This document shows, piece after piece, positions 1 to 19,405 of a DNA stretch of 64,000 bases. Numbering within the stretch: the stretch's first letter is position 1; each line of letters begins with the position of its first letter. Below the pieces are notes generated by a model. It saw nothing but the letters and a program-made list of their open reading frames with translations, was not told where the DNA came from and did no database searches. The position numbers were made by a program, and so were the translations under genes. The stretch lies in NCBI RefSeq assembly GCF_009914755.1, contig NC_060927.1; one strand, written 5' to 3'. The stretch comes from the human T2T-CHM13v2.0 reference genome, Homo sapiens.

Positions 1-174
1 GAATAAGCAAGTGTGCCCAAACTGTATCTAAGGACAAGGTACCTGGTTCTCTAGGCTCTGCTGGGCACATACGGAGTTCTTCCAAGGGAGGTAAACAAAT
101 CCTAGCAAACAGTATTCTGTGACCTGACCTCCACTTTACCTGCTGTGGAAGTCTTTCAAATAATTTACTTCCTC

Positions 175-770
<596 letters not shown>

Positions 771-1687
771 ATTTTTAATAATAAAAATTTATATCCTCAT
801 TATATATCACTATGTTCTAGACAGGCAATATGCTAAGTGCATTGGTGTGATCACCATCTAACCACTCCAAGAGGGTTATTTTATGACGCAAGTCAAAATG
901 AGACCAAAAGGTATCTTAAAGTTACAATTCAAAATTACCATATACTATTTTTAACACAGAAAAAGCATATTTTAGAAGAACCGATCCTTAAGAAAGAACA
1001 CTAGAAAAAACTGAGAGACAGGAAAGCACTCTAGTCTGGGGAGCAAATTAATGTGAACAGAAATGAAGAACCAGTGGCAGCCCATGGGCAGCCTTACTAC
1101 TGAGCAAATATTCCATAGTAGCCACCTCAAATGCTTTTTTAAAAACTCTTCAGGGTATAAAAAATAATAATTTGGAATTCAAATCTGAGTACTTGTTGGC
1201 TAACACTTTAAATTGAATATCAGCAAGAAAAACTCCTGAGGCATTTTAGTAATTGCTAAATTTCTCATCCCAGCTCATGTTGTCATTCCAAATGTGTGAC
1301 TGTCCCACACTTTCAACTGCCAACAAACCACCTTCCAACTCTCATCTAAGATCCTCTCCAAATACCATCTCAGACAGAACCCAAGTTTCCCAGATAAACA
1401 GATACTGACACTTAACAACCCTATCTGCCCCACATCAGTTTAATAATTAACCTTTCTCTAGACTAAGCAAAAACATCAAAAAAGAACCAATGCACCAGAC
1501 CAGTATGCCAGTTAAAAAAAAAAAAAAAGACCCAATGCACACAGTACTGTGCATCATGTTGGAAATATCACCTTATAGCCTCTCTCTGCATAGTGACATG
1601 CTTGGCTCACTGAAGTTACTCAACTGTTCAAACCACAGAGTTCAACAGGTACTTAACACATCATTTAACACACAATATACAGACTAC

Positions 1688-2027
<340 letters not shown>

Positions 2028-2310
2028 TATTTTTTGTTTTTAAATAAATTCCTTGAGTGACTGCCTGAAGACAAAAGAGAACTAAATAAGGTTATAAACA
2101 TCCTCTTGAATAAAAGAAAGAATAATTACATACACGTTTTCAGGTGTCTCTGAGTTAGAGGAAAAGGTTTACAATCAAATCATTAAGACTTATGCAGTGA
2201 AGTCATATGATTTTTCTATTAATAATGTGTCAGTGTTCTTATCCTTCCTCCCCCTTTTGAAAAGTTTAAACATGAATCTGCAACAACCTGACCACATTCT
2301 TTCTATTTTA

Positions 2311-2653
<343 letters not shown>

Positions 2654-3137
2654 TTAGTATCCCCTGAAGAATGGGAGACTCCTATCAAAATCCCACTCCC
2701 CAAACTCTAATGGTTTAAAATCTCGCAAGTAACCAAAATCCCCACACACTTTTATCCCATTTAATAACTATGTATATACAGAAATATTATTTTCAAATAC
2801 AAAATATCCCAGTTAGGTAACGAATGCTATATACTAAAAGAAAAATACTCTGCCATAAGGAAGTTGTATCATTTACTCATTACAAGTTCTTTTATTTTAT
2901 GTTATTCCAAAATATTGGTTATAAGCCAAATAATCCAAGAAAGCAAAATTTTGGAAAATTATAAGAGAAAAAATGTAACATTAAAAATATTAAAGATGTA
3001 AAATGTCTGCCTAAATAATGGCCTTTTGGTTTTTGGACTGTATCTATTTACTTAATGTGAACATAACATGACGCCAAAATAAAAAGCCAATGAAGTTTGT
3101 ATAGTTCATCTTTTCTACAGACTTTAGAGTTAAATGA

Positions 3138-3560
<423 letters not shown>

Positions 3561-4799
3561 TAAAAGGAAAAATCTGAGTTTACAACAAAACAGCAAAAAA
3601 AGGAAATTCCCTTTCATTGTGTATTTTGTTTCTCGTGTATCTCTTTAGTTGCTTCTCTTAAAAATGTAATAGATTTTAAATTAAACAATCTGATCACATA
3701 AAAGTCAAGAAATTTAAAAAGAGCCACAAAAAGAAACAATGTATCAATAATAGCTAAGTCATCAATTACTCTCTTGGCTAATGAGGCTGTGAATCTTGGG
3801 TGGAGTGACCAAATCCAGCTTAGTTGCTGGTCAGTCAGTTGGCTGGCTAGCTTAACACGGGAAAGACAGAATTATTCAGCGAAATCATTTCACAAAAGAA
3901 AACCTTTTAACTTTGTGGACTATTCCCCATGGATCCCTACACCACAGGCCTTAGAACATTCCCAACTTTTATCACACAGATATCTTTGCAGTAAAAAACA
4001 CAAGCCTTTGTTAGGAACTAACAAAATAAGAATTCACTTACAACATCTAACCCATCTCCTTTACAGTAGGAACAAGAAAAGGCACAAGACGACATTGGTG
4101 AAGGAAATGCAAATTGTTGCAGCATTTGCTTCAGTGGAGAATATTTAAAAGTCCACCTTCCTAGAAAGAGGGTTAATAAAAAAAAAAAGGTATCTTAGTC
4201 ATGCTGATTTTTTTAATCACACCTGACATAATTTTTAGTTAACCTTTTGTTTTTGCTTTCATTGTTGCACTTTAAATGATTTGATAAACCAGCTGACTAT
4301 CCTGTATATATAAGTCAACTGCTGTCATTGAAAAGGTTGTTAAAGCTTTACGCACACATTCTTAATTCACTTAACTTTAAGAAACCAATTTTCATTCAAT
4401 TTTCTCAGCAAATTCTAGGCATTAAGAAACTGATTCATCTACTGACACCTTAAACTCTAACTTGTTAGGAAAATTCATGATTCATTCTTCAAATCTGTTG
4501 TCTACAAATATATAGTACCTATATTCTAAAAATGGGAAGTCATAGATTAATACCATTGTCTGTGAACATAAGGACTCCCAAGAACTACCAATCGTAACCT
4601 GCAAAGTATTGCCCCCACTGAAAAGTGACCTTCTAAGAAGTTCCTCAGGACAGAATTTTAAGTTATTCTGGATTACAAAAACCCTAAGAATCATTATAAA
4701 AGCAAAGGGTCATGGCCAACACGGCCATAACTCCAAGTTTACATACAAGCTATCCTCAGTTTGTTAGTATTGCCCCTTTAACCCTCAAAAGGGTCCTGT

Positions 4800-5020
4800 T
4801 TTGAGGCAAAACTCATCTGTGGTGACAGAAGTCAGAATTGTGGTTGCCTTGGGGAGGGGGAATGTGTTTACTGAATGGAAAGGATACAAGGCCTGAAAAT
4901 GTTCCATATCTTGATCTGAGTGTGGTTATCAGGGCATATACATATATAAAAAGTCATTGAATTGTACCCTTAAGATCTTTCGGTAGGTTATACATACCTC
5001 CATAAAAATACATTGTTAAA
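4800..5020 (+). mobile_element. Old L1M 3' fragment
   Basis: ggcaaaactcatctgtggtgacagaagtcagaattgtggttgcct...aaatgttccatatcttgatctg. Confidence 0.7.
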
Positions 5021-5899
5021 AATCTATTCAAATAATCATATAAAACCATTCTGGATCTAGCTACCAAGATGTTTTTTCCAAATGAATTTTAATAAAGACA
5101 CACATTGCGAGCACTTTTATGTAGTACCTCTCAAAATATACACTGTGATTTCTAAGAATCTTTCAGTTAAGAAAGCCACCGAATTTTCGAACTGAAAGCA
5201 CCCCCAAACATCATCTGTTTATCTTAATGTTGCAAATAAGGAAAATCAAAGCTACAATGGGTAAGAAATGTGCCCAAGATAAGGCAGTTAGTCAATGACA
5301 ACGGTAATAACAGAACTGTTTCCTGATCTCTGGCCGTTTCTACCAGGCCGTAACTTTTCTGACATCGCAAACATCTTAACTCCGAATCTACCTACGGCCT
5401 AATTCAACAAATGCCTCAAAACGCTAGTCAACAGGCCTCAAAGTGTACACATGAAGACACATCTTCCTTCATCCTCTCGCCAGTTGACAAATTAATGATT
5501 ACACGTTCAGGCATTTTACCCAGATGCAATAAAATTAAGAATGACATCTTAGAAAATGTGGTTCAAGAGAAGACATACGCAGGGATTGACAAAATCCATC
5601 TTACTTCCTTTCGAATCTCTTTGATGGTTACTTGGTTCTCAAACACAGATCACTGCTAACAGGACTCAAAAACACCACTTGGGACCATCAACCAGTGCTG
5701 CTTCGGGCGACCCGCTGGGAACACCCCCACCTGACCCAAGCGTCCACCACTCCTTGAGCACAAGCTCTGGGGGTGACCTGTGCCTGCCGGCTTAGTTTTA
5801 GACCCTACGGGAACAGCTGACATCTTGTGAAAAACTTAGCATAACGTACATCCTTTCCGCGGGAATTTATTTCTGTTCGCACAAGGCGTTTCTGCTCCG

Positions 5900-8050
5900 C
5901 ACAGAGCAGGCCTTGCTTCCCAGGACGCCGCTCGCCCCTCCACAGCCTCCTTTTCAGCGTCCAAAATCGGACTTTAGGAACAGAAATCGAAACGGTCGCG
6001 GACCTCCCGAGCGGCAGGTCGGGGCGCTGCCGGGTCGGCGCGGGGTCCAGCGGCGGTGCCCGGCGGGCCGCGGCGCGGGAGAGGCCCGCTCACTTCACAA
6101 CGGCGGCCCGGAGCCACCGGTTGCGGCGGCCACTAGACGCTCCGCCACCGCGCAGCGACCGCCCGGGCCCTCCGAAGTTCCGACCGGCCGCGCGCCCGGC
6201 CCCAGCTGCGGGTTCGCGCCCCGCCCGGAGCGAGCCCGGGGGGCGGGTCCGCGGGGGCTCGGCGGGCGGAGCGCGGGGCGCGCGCGGGGAGGGGCGCGCG
6301 GCGGGCCCGGCGCGCCGGGGAACTTGGGCGCCCGCCACTGCCGCCGCCCGGCCACTTTCCTTTCACGCCTCCCGCGGGCTGACGCGCGCCGCGCTGCCTG
6401 CCAGGGGCTGACGGCCGCCGCCGCTCTCCGCCGCGGCGAGGCGCCCAGGCGCGCCCCTGCAGCCGGCCGGCCGGCGCGCGGGACCGCGGGGCCGCGCGCG
6501 GGCGCCGCGCTCCCCCCGCCCCGCCCCCGCCCCCAACGTGCCGCCGCCGCCGCCCGTTGGCGCCTCAGCCCGCGCGCCCGCCGGCGCCCGGCGGTTTCCC
6601 GTTGGCAAAGTTGCGCGGCTGCTTCGAAGGGGACGCCGTACGGTCCCCCGCCCCGGCGCCGCCGCCGCCCCTCCAGGCCGCCGCGCGGGAAGGCCCAGCC
6701 GGTGGCCCCGCTTTTTTACCTGCCCGGAGTTTTCGCGCGCGCGCTCGCTCGATCGCTCGCTTTTCCCCCTCTCGCGCTCGTTTTCTTTCTTTCTTTCCGT
6801 CTTTTCGCTCCCCCGCGCGGAAGCTTTTTCCTCCCGTGCTGCCCGCGCTCGCCCGCTCGCGCCCTCCTTCCTGCTGGGTTCGGCGGAGCGGGGCGGCCGG
6901 CAGCTCTCCCCGCCCCCCTCCACCCGCGCTCCGGCGGAGGCGGCGGCGGCGCTCCGCGCTCCGACTCATTCCAATATGGCACGGACGCAGGGCGCATGCG
7001 CCCGCGCCCCCCCACCCCCAGCTCCGCGGTCCTCCCGGCAGCCTGCGCCCCTCGCGCCGCGCCCGTGGAGCTCCCGGGCCCGGCTGCCCCGCTCCCGCCC
7101 CAGCGCCATCCCTCCTGGCTGGGGCCGCGCGGGAGGCAAGGACTCCGCGGGCTGGTGTGCCGGGGGTCCGGCGCCGCGGGCCACCCACGCCCCCAGCCAG
7201 CAACTCGGCGCGGACGGCCCCGAGGCCGTGGCGCAGGACACGCGGCGGCGCCTCGGGCCCCCGACGGCGCTGTGGCCCCGAGCGGAACGGCCCGGAAGAG
7301 GAGACGCGTCCCCGGGAACCCAGTGCCCGCCCTGGCCCAGCCCCGATCCAGCCTGCGCCTCACCTCGGGTTGTAGACAGAGCGGCGGGGATCCCAGAGGG
7401 GTTCGCGGGTCGGACCTGGAGTACCGGCCCGGCGAAGCGCGCGGCTGTCGCCCGCACGTGACTGGCTCGGACAAGATGGCATGAGCGGAGAAGCGGCCGG
7501 ATCCCAGATGCGCGCGTGCCGCCGCCGCGGGCACTGCGCCCGTTTGCCTGCCCCTCGTCGGGGATCGGGCGCTCCCTCTGAGACCTGAAAGGGCACCCAA
7601 GTGCCCCCTGTCTGCGAAGTCCGGCGCGGGCCCTTCGGCGCCCCCGATGTCTCTAGGCTTCCGCAGGAGGCGCCCTGTAAATCTTGAGTCTTCCTGCAGC
7701 GAGGGGGCACAGGACAGCTGCGAATTGGGACGAACGAGCCCAGAGCCCCGGGAAGGATCAGAACCTCGAAGGCGGCTTCAAGTCGGCCCCGCAGCCCGAG
7801 GTGACCGTGGGCGGTTACGTTGCCCGAGCTCGCCCCCTCCTCCTGAGCGCAGGTGCCCGTGGGACATACACCCGCCCACCTGCTCCGGAAAGTTCCCTCC
7901 AGAAGGGAGTTCCCGCGCCACCGAGACCCGGGAGCTCCCGATCAGACTCCCAGGCCGTGAAAGGCGTTATCGGACAGGGCCCAGAGGCGCCCCCACAGCA
8001 AGAAGAAAGTCTGGGGTTCTCACCGTGTGCCAGGTGCGAGCTCAAGCCAC
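5900..8050. promoter_or_regulatory. SFMBT1: CpG island promoter, inferred SFMBT1 5' end (probably bidirectional)
   Basis: About 2 kb of very GC- and CpG-rich sequence with many GC boxes, NRF1 palindrome GCGCATGCGC (6992-7001), E-box CACGTG (7455-7460) and YY1/initiator-like GCCATNTT (minus; 6973-6980, 7473-7480). The gene name comes from recalled synteny with RFT1; no SFMBT1 coding exon was recognised in the window. Confidence 0.85.
6720..6980 (-). other. SFMBT1: Putative non-coding first exon of SFMBT1
   Basis: Minus-strand donor CAG|GTAAAA at 6720/6719; initiator-like GCCATATT at 6980-6973, just downstream of the NRF1 site. Sequence below 6720 would be intron 1. Confidence 0.6.
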
Positions 8051-9083
8051 CTCCCTCAACCGCTCTGAGAAATATCCCACTTCACAAACTTGCTCAAAGT
8101 CACGCTGCTGGCTGGATTTGAATCCAGATTTTTTTTAGCACCACTGAAAAAACAATATGACAACCGGAGAAAGAAAAATCTAAAAAGAATACAGTAATCC
8201 ATATTGTTACAAAGAAATGCAACTTTTCACGACATGAAACATATATATACTGTGTATAGTTGCAACCACACTTTTTTTGTTACTACTTTCACTACCATTT
8301 TTATTTGTTCACGATTCATTTTTAAGGTGTGCAGGTGTCCTTAACTATTCACTCAGCCCCCTAATGTTTTTGGTTCTTTACGGTTGTTTGCTAACGTATC
8401 CTTGAATTCTGCACTTGGGACAAATACCTGGGAGTGGAAAGGCTCCCAGGTAGAAGGCTATGAATGGCCAAGTGGTCTTGGCTTACAGCGTCATATTTTC
8501 CCCAAGAGCTGCCCCAATTATTCTACCGCCTCCAAGGAACAAGTGTAAGGAGTTTAACACACTTATAAACATTGAGTGCCATTTCCCCCCTACTTTAATA
8601 GTCTATTGCTAGTTCAAGGTTACTTAGCATTTCTTAGGTGACACAACATTCAAAAATGAATGTTTTTCCATGCATTTACTATATGCATTCCCTCTCCTGT
8701 GAATAATCTATTCATATCCATCTTCTGGGGACTTGAACCTCTTCTAACTTTGAACAAGCATTTTTTTATGTTACAGATATTACTTCTTTGTCGTCATTGA
8801 TGCAAATATTTTCTAGCCTGTTGTTCTTTCTTGTTTTATTCTAATGTTCAGTGTGTCATTCTAATGTTTTAATTGCTTCAGTGCTGACAAAGTGAGCTTT
8901 CTGCTGCCCATCTGATAGTCTTTTTTCTGCTAGTTTTGTACAATTTCATTTCATATTTCATTCTCTGATGACTATCCCGATTTTATTTTGGCTTATTTAT
9001 TTGGAGTAAAATATGGACATAACTCACTACCACTGTCATCGGTTGTTATTAATTCTGCAGTTACCATTTATTAAATAATTATT

Positions 9084-9549
<466 letters not shown>

Positions 9550-9934
9550 TTAGTAAAATCTACTTTTACGCTAGACTTTCTATTTTGATTAATATATTTC
9601 TGAATTCTCCATTTCCTTCCTTAGACCTCAGTTTGAGCAAATACCATATGAATCTAAATATTGGTTCTTTGGAATAGGTTCTAACATATGAAAAGGCTTG
9701 ATTCCCTCTCATGCCCTTATGAGGTCTTCTTTTTTCAGATTATCAGTTGATATCCACACTGGTTTATGTGTCTCTACACATCCTAGGATAATCATATAAG
9801 GGTTAAGAGGACTGGCTTTGAGGACGGACCATCCAGGTTCAACAACCAGCCCTGTGACCTTGGCAACTTATCTATCCCCTCTGGGCCTTCAGGTCTTGGT
9901 CTGTAAAATTAGGATAAGAGTAACAGCTGCCTCT

Positions 9935-10873
<939 letters not shown>

Positions 10874-11380
10874 CCTATCTTTCAATTTATTCAAATATTG
10901 TAAAACTCTCTTGCCTTTCTCCAGTGCTCACCTTCATGACCCCTAAGGAAGAAGAACAGAGAACTCAAGGAACAGTTTAAAACTGTCTGCACATCTGACT
11001 TGTGTCAGACACTGTGTAGATGTGGGTGTGGGTATGCACATGTGCAGTTGGACAGAATCTCCTTTAACTCTTGCAACATCCTTTAGGACAGGCCGTAACA
11101 TTCCCTACGGACAAAGAGCAAACTGAGAGCTTCCAGGTCATCCTTAAAGAGAAGCAAAACTTAGCCACAAACCGGGCATGCCAGCTTCTCAACCACGCTA
11201 CTGGGAAATTCGAGTTGGGGATTGTTGACCGAAGATGCAGCCCCAGAGGCGCACGGAACGAGGGGTAACTTATGGAAAACTGACTTCTGGTCATGACTCA
11301 CCCCAGTTGAAAGCCTTTCAAGGTTCTCTATTGCACTTTGCAGAAGTCCAAAAGCCTCACTTTGGCCTATAAGGCACCAG

Positions 11381-12019
<639 letters not shown>

Positions 12020-13099
12020 TCAGCTGTCCTACTCACCTGCCTTGCTTGCTGTATTTTAGCTGCACCTGTCTCCTTTCCATTTCATGGGTATGTCACTGTC
12101 CTTCCCACTGGCACACTCCCCATCCCACTTCCTGCACCCACCTTTACATAGGTGACACCTTATTTTTCCAGTATCTGCTTAACAAGATGGTCTCCTCAGA
12201 GAGGCTTTCCCTGCCCACCCCATCTGAACAGGTTCTCTCTCTCCCCAGTGGTGATATTTCTAATTTATACCTGCATTTGTTTGTCATTTATTTGGGTTCT
12301 GTCCCCCCTGTAATCCCACAGATGGACATCAGTCCCCTTGAGCACAAAGACATGCCTGTCTCCATAACCATGAGGTCAGCCCTTTCCCCAAGAGGCAGTG
12401 GGAAGACAAGAGGGTGGCTAGTGGGTCATTTGGCAGCATCCAAGACCAGAGGCTGGCACACCCAGGAGGCATCCTGGGCATTCCCAACTTAGTCTCCACT
12501 TCCTGCTGGCTTCATGGGTTAGGGGTTGTAACCCTCTGTCATCATTGACCAAGGGGTCAGTGTTCAACCATTCTATATGAACCCCCTATGCCCTGAGGCC
12601 TTGCCTGCCCATGAAGCAGGCCTGTTTTCTGCAGGTGGGCATCAACCTGGGGCCTTGTACTGGATGAGAACCTGAGGGCCAGGCCTGGACCCTGGGGACT
12701 GGCAGAACCCTTGGCCAGGACATCATGCTGTTTTCAACCCATGAAGAACTGAATGAAATTCCACAAGCCAGCCAGGCCTGCTGTCAGTGATCAGCGGCCC
12801 TCCATTGCCACTGACCAGCCAGCTTCCTTCAGTCAATCCAAATGAGGCCAGTCACATAATGACTCCCTGTGGCTAATTACCCAAGCAATCAGGTGATCCC
12901 CACTGTAGAGTCACTGCTCACCCCATGCCATTCTTCACTGAGGTCCAACTGACTATGCTGGCCCTGCTGCCTCGGGAGCACAGACCATGACTCCACATTC
13001 TCTGTAACACCTGCCCTGCTTCCCTCCATGTCTTGGCTCCTGCAAACCCTGCTCCACCAGGTGTCCTTCTCACCTACGCTGTGTTGTCAGGGAAAAAAC

Positions 13100-13310
13100 A
13101 ATGGGTGTGGAGGTAGACAGCTGGAGTCAAGTTCAGAGTTAGTCACTGCTTCTCTATGAGACCTTCTATGGGACCCTTCACCACTCTGGGCTCAGTTTCC
13201 TCATCTTTGTAAAATGGGGAGGAAATCAGCTTCTTTGCTGGGTCATAGGAATCCAAGAACAAAATGTGTATAAACATTCTTTGCAAACTGTAAAGCACAA
13301 CAGAATGATG
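13100..13310. mobile_element. MIR
   Basis: Core ctctgggctcagtttcctcatctttgtaaaatgggg. Confidence 0.75.
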
Positions 13311-13629
13311 AGAAATAGTTGTCCTGACCTCAAAGCCATCTCCTCCAGGAGGCCTCCCAAGATTGCTCCCCTTCTTTCTCTGTCTTCCTAAAGCACTTAG
13401 CTTGCTTTTCCTCAGTTGCTTACCACAGAACAGGCACTGGCCCTCTTGACCCCGTTTTCTATCCTTGAGTGCCACAAGCCCAGGATTATGCCCCCATTCA
13501 TCCCCAAAGACCGCTTCTCTTGGAGAAAATATATTAATGGGCACAGTGTTCCAATTTTATGTTATTGAGCCATGCATTTTTCTTAAATTATTTTGCACCT
13601 TCAACTTGTTATCTGCTAATAAGAGGTCA

Positions 13630-14297
<668 letters not shown>

Positions 14298-14539
14298 TAG
14301 AGATGGGGGTCTCACTATGTTGCCTAGGCTGGTCTCAAACTCCTAAGCTCAAGTGATCTGGCCCGCATTGGCCTCCCAAAGTGCTAGGATTACAGGCATG
14401 AGTGTGGCCAAGATTTTTTTACAATACTTTTTTTTTTTTAGGTATAATTTGCATACAATAAAATATACCCATTTTGGGCTGTGTGCGGTGGTTCACGCCT
14501 GTAATCCCAACACTTTGGGAGGCTGAGGTGGGCAGATCA

Positions 14540-15112
<573 letters not shown>

Positions 15113-15732
15113 TGATTTGCCAGCCTCGGCCTCCCAAAGTGCTAGGATGACAGGCGTGAGCCACCGCTCCTGGCCAACACAGAGCCTTCTAATGACTCCC
15201 CTCACCCATAGGCAAACACTGATCTGATTTCTAGTTTCAAGATTACTTTTGCCTGTTTTTATAAACTTCATCATAGGCCGGGCACAGTGGCTCATGCCTG
15301 TAAACCCAGCACTTTAGGAGGCCGAGGGGGGAGGATTGATTGAGGCCAGGAATTCGAGACCAGCCTGGGCAACATAGCAAGACCCCATCTCTACAGAAAA
15401 TTTAAAAATTAGCCAGATGTGGTGGCCCAAGCCTGTAGTCCTAGCTACTCTGGAGGCTAAGCTGGGAGGATCACTTGAGCCTGGAGGTCAAGACTGCAGT
15501 GAGCTGTGATTGTGCCACAGCACTCTAGCCTGGGTGACAGAGTGAGACTTTGACTCAAAAAAAAAAAAAAAAGAAAAAGAAAAAAAGAAAAAAAAAGAAA
15601 AGAATAAAGAAAGAAAAGACAAGAAAAGACAAGAAAAAAATCTCATCATAGAGCAATACTCTCTGTCTGTTTTTTATTACTATTTTTTGTTCAGCTCCTC
15701 CAAGTAGCAATCCTGTCTGGTTGCTTTTTTCT

Positions 15733-15770
<38 letters not shown>
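15733..15770. repeat. (TTG)n microsatellite from an Alu tail
   Basis: About 12 uninterrupted TTG units. Confidence 0.95.
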
Positions 15771-15771
<1 letters not shown>

Positions 15772-15921
15772 TCGAGACGGTGTCTCACTCTGTCGTCCAG
15801 GCTGGAATGCAGTGGTGCCATCTCAGCTCACTGCAGCCACTGCCTCCCAGTTCAAGCAGTTCTCCTGCCTCAGCCTCCCGAGTAGCTGTGATTACAGGTG
15901 TGAGTCACAGCACTCAGCTAA

Positions 15922-15923
<2 letters not shown>

Positions 15924-15962
<39 letters not shown>
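15924..15962. repeat. (TG)n microsatellite in an Alu central linker
   Basis: About 19 TG units. Confidence 0.95.
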
Positions 15963-15968
<6 letters not shown>

Positions 15969-16369
15969 TAGAGACAGGGTTTCTCATGTTGGCCAGGCTG
16001 GTTTTGAACTACTGACCTCAAGCGATCCACCTATCTCAGCCTCTCAAAGTGCTTGCATTACAGGCGTGAGCCCCAGTCCCTGTCTACCTTTTTGTTTTGA
16101 GACAGGGTCTCACTTCATTGGTGCAATAATTGTGCACTGCAGCCTCTAACTCTTGGCTTCAAGTGATCCTCCTGCCTCAGCCTCCTGAGTAGCTGGGACT
16201 ACAGGCATGTATCACTACATCTTTTCTTATTTTTCATAGAAATGGGGTCTCACCATGTTGCCCAAGCTGGCCTTGAACTCTAGTCTCAAGTGATTCTACC
16301 ACCTCCGCCTCCCAAAGTGCTGAGTTTACAAGTGTGACCTGCTGTGTCAGGCGTCCTGTTTGTTTCTGA

Positions 16370-16666
<297 letters not shown>

Positions 16667-17680
16667 TGAACTCCTGACCTCAGGTGATCTGCCCACTTCA
16701 GCATCCCAAAGTGCTGAGATTACAGGTGTGAGCCACTGCACCCGGCCTCTTTTTTTCTTTAATGTTAAACTACTCCTTTATTGCAAGGTAAATCATATTA
16801 TTTCAATCATATAGAATGCCCAGGGGATGGAGATTCAAGAGTTCCCTTTTGTACTGGCCTTCAAAATATTGTACCTACATGAATGTATGCCTTCCAAAAT
16901 ACTTAAATCATATTATTTAATATATTTATACTAGTCTAATAAAACATTACATATATTGTAAAACACAAAATATAGAAATGTTAAAAAGAAGAAGTAAAGA
17001 GGAGATAAATACTATTTTTAAATTATTTTGTTTGCCAAAGAAGTATAATCATTTTGCCCCTCATAAAATATTATATTAAATCATGTTATTATATTAAATA
17101 TTAAAGACAATTATGATATTAAAATATTAATAGTATTTTAATGAAATGAATATGATTGAAAATGTTTCTGTTTTTCTATACTACTGAAGTATAGTTGAAG
17201 TACAAAAAGACACATATCTATAAAGTGATAGCCCCTCAACCCTACCTGACCCCCAGGCCTTGGAATTGACCTCTCTAGGGTGAAACCTGGGTGATAGCTT
17301 ATTTTCAACATGGCATCCAGCGCAGGCAAGAGCATTCTTCATGACTCTCATGGCCCTTTTGGAGAAGCCAGGGCAGGAGGTTTGTGAAGAAGGCTGTTCA
17401 TCTGGCCCTTGGAAGGGACTTGGCAAGGCAGGCCCAACCAGGAGAAGAGAGGATAAAGGGAGATACCACCATGGACCTTCCTATACTCTCTCTCCATAGC
17501 CACCTGCTGGGCTTAGGCAAGCACTGCCTGAATCCCTCTGCTGCCCAGAGTCCTTCACACCCCCACCTTTTCACCATGAGTGGAGACCACAGTTCCTGCC
17601 TGTCCGATGCCCTCTGTCACAGTCCCTGCCTCTCCCTACTCTGCCATTCTTTCTTTCATATTAAGGTATAGTCTACATAT

Positions 17681-17760
17681 TTAGGTTGGTGCAAAAGCAA
17701 TTGCAGTTTTTGCTATTACTTTTAATGGCAAAAACTGTGATTACTTTTGCACCAATGTAA
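17681..17760. mobile_element. MADE1 (Hsmar1-derived 80-bp MITE)
   Basis: TTAGGTTGGTGCAAAAG...CTTTTGCACCAATGTAA: two ~37-bp inverted repeats, 80 bp in total, followed by TA. Confidence 0.93.
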
Positions 17761-17853
17761 TACAATAACTGTCAGGATATTGCTGTGAAGCTACAAGATG
17801 TTCACAAGGACATTTCATGTGTTTGTTTGATGCCTGTTACAGCTACAGAGTAG

Positions 17854-18165
<312 letters not shown>

Positions 18166-18540
18166 GAGCGGTTAAATCTCCCTGGTTGATAAGAGTCTCA
18201 TAGTTTCCTGCCTGGGCTTACCAGCCAAATTGATGGTGCCACCTCTAGGCCCCCACTTGGTTCCCACGTGTTAGCACTAGATGGATTTGAGAAGAAAGAA
18301 ATTTCTGCATAGTACAGACAAAATTGGGAAAATGCCCATAGATCTTGCTTTACCCAGTAGCTTTGTACAAAGTGAAGTGTGGCCAATTGAATCCTAATTT
18401 TCTCATTACTAATTTTATAATACCTGGAATATATGATCTTCATTCCTGATGGAGCTTGCTTGTAAGGCCACCGGTTTTCATTTTCCACTATCTTTATCTA
18501 GTCATTCTGTCAAGTCTGGAGTTAAAAACCTGAGGTAGTC

Positions 18541-18871
<331 letters not shown>

Positions 18872-19351
18872 TTACCTCCTGATATAAATTATGTTCTTAA
18901 AATGCAGCTAGTACATGTGATCTATTGAAAGCGGAGCGCTGCACTCAAAGATGTCTAGAGGTTCTTTCAGCTGTAATATTTGGGCTTGAGCTGTGAACAA
19001 ACTTGTGAATATTTCAGAGGAGTTTTTTTTGTGTGTGTTTTTTTTAAGTTACCACCAGGTATCTTTTATATAAACTTTCTTGCACATACAAGGCTCAGGA
19101 AGAGTAATGTCATACAAGTGCACTAGGAATTGCCACATACTCCAAAATGGGCGGCAAAAGGAACAAACATTACTAATTTTAAATACTAAGTACATACATA
19201 ATACCTCAAAAATATAATTTGGTAAATAATCTTCTAACTCGTGTGGGTAATTTTTTCCCTTCCATTTGGAAGTGAACACTTGACTACTAGTTTAGTACAG
19301 AAGTAATCAATAGCACAAAAGCTAAATTCTTTCCAAATGGGCATTCTAAGC

Positions 19352-19405
<54 letters not shown>

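Noticed and set aside
6971-6979. CArG box (CCAATATGG)
   Set aside because: Only five A/T bases between CC and GG; SRF needs six. Better read as a YY1/initiator-like motif.
5913-7600. Long overlapping ORFs (523, 307, 294 and 272 aa) in the CpG island
   Set aside because: Open in several frames on both strands and Arg/Pro/Ala/Gly-rich with no recognisable domain; stop codons are simply rare at this GC content.
17829-17837. tgatgcctg shared with ~26921 as a possible retrocopy TSD
   Set aside because: Only 9 bp and not adjacent to the inferred poly(A) tail; likely chance.
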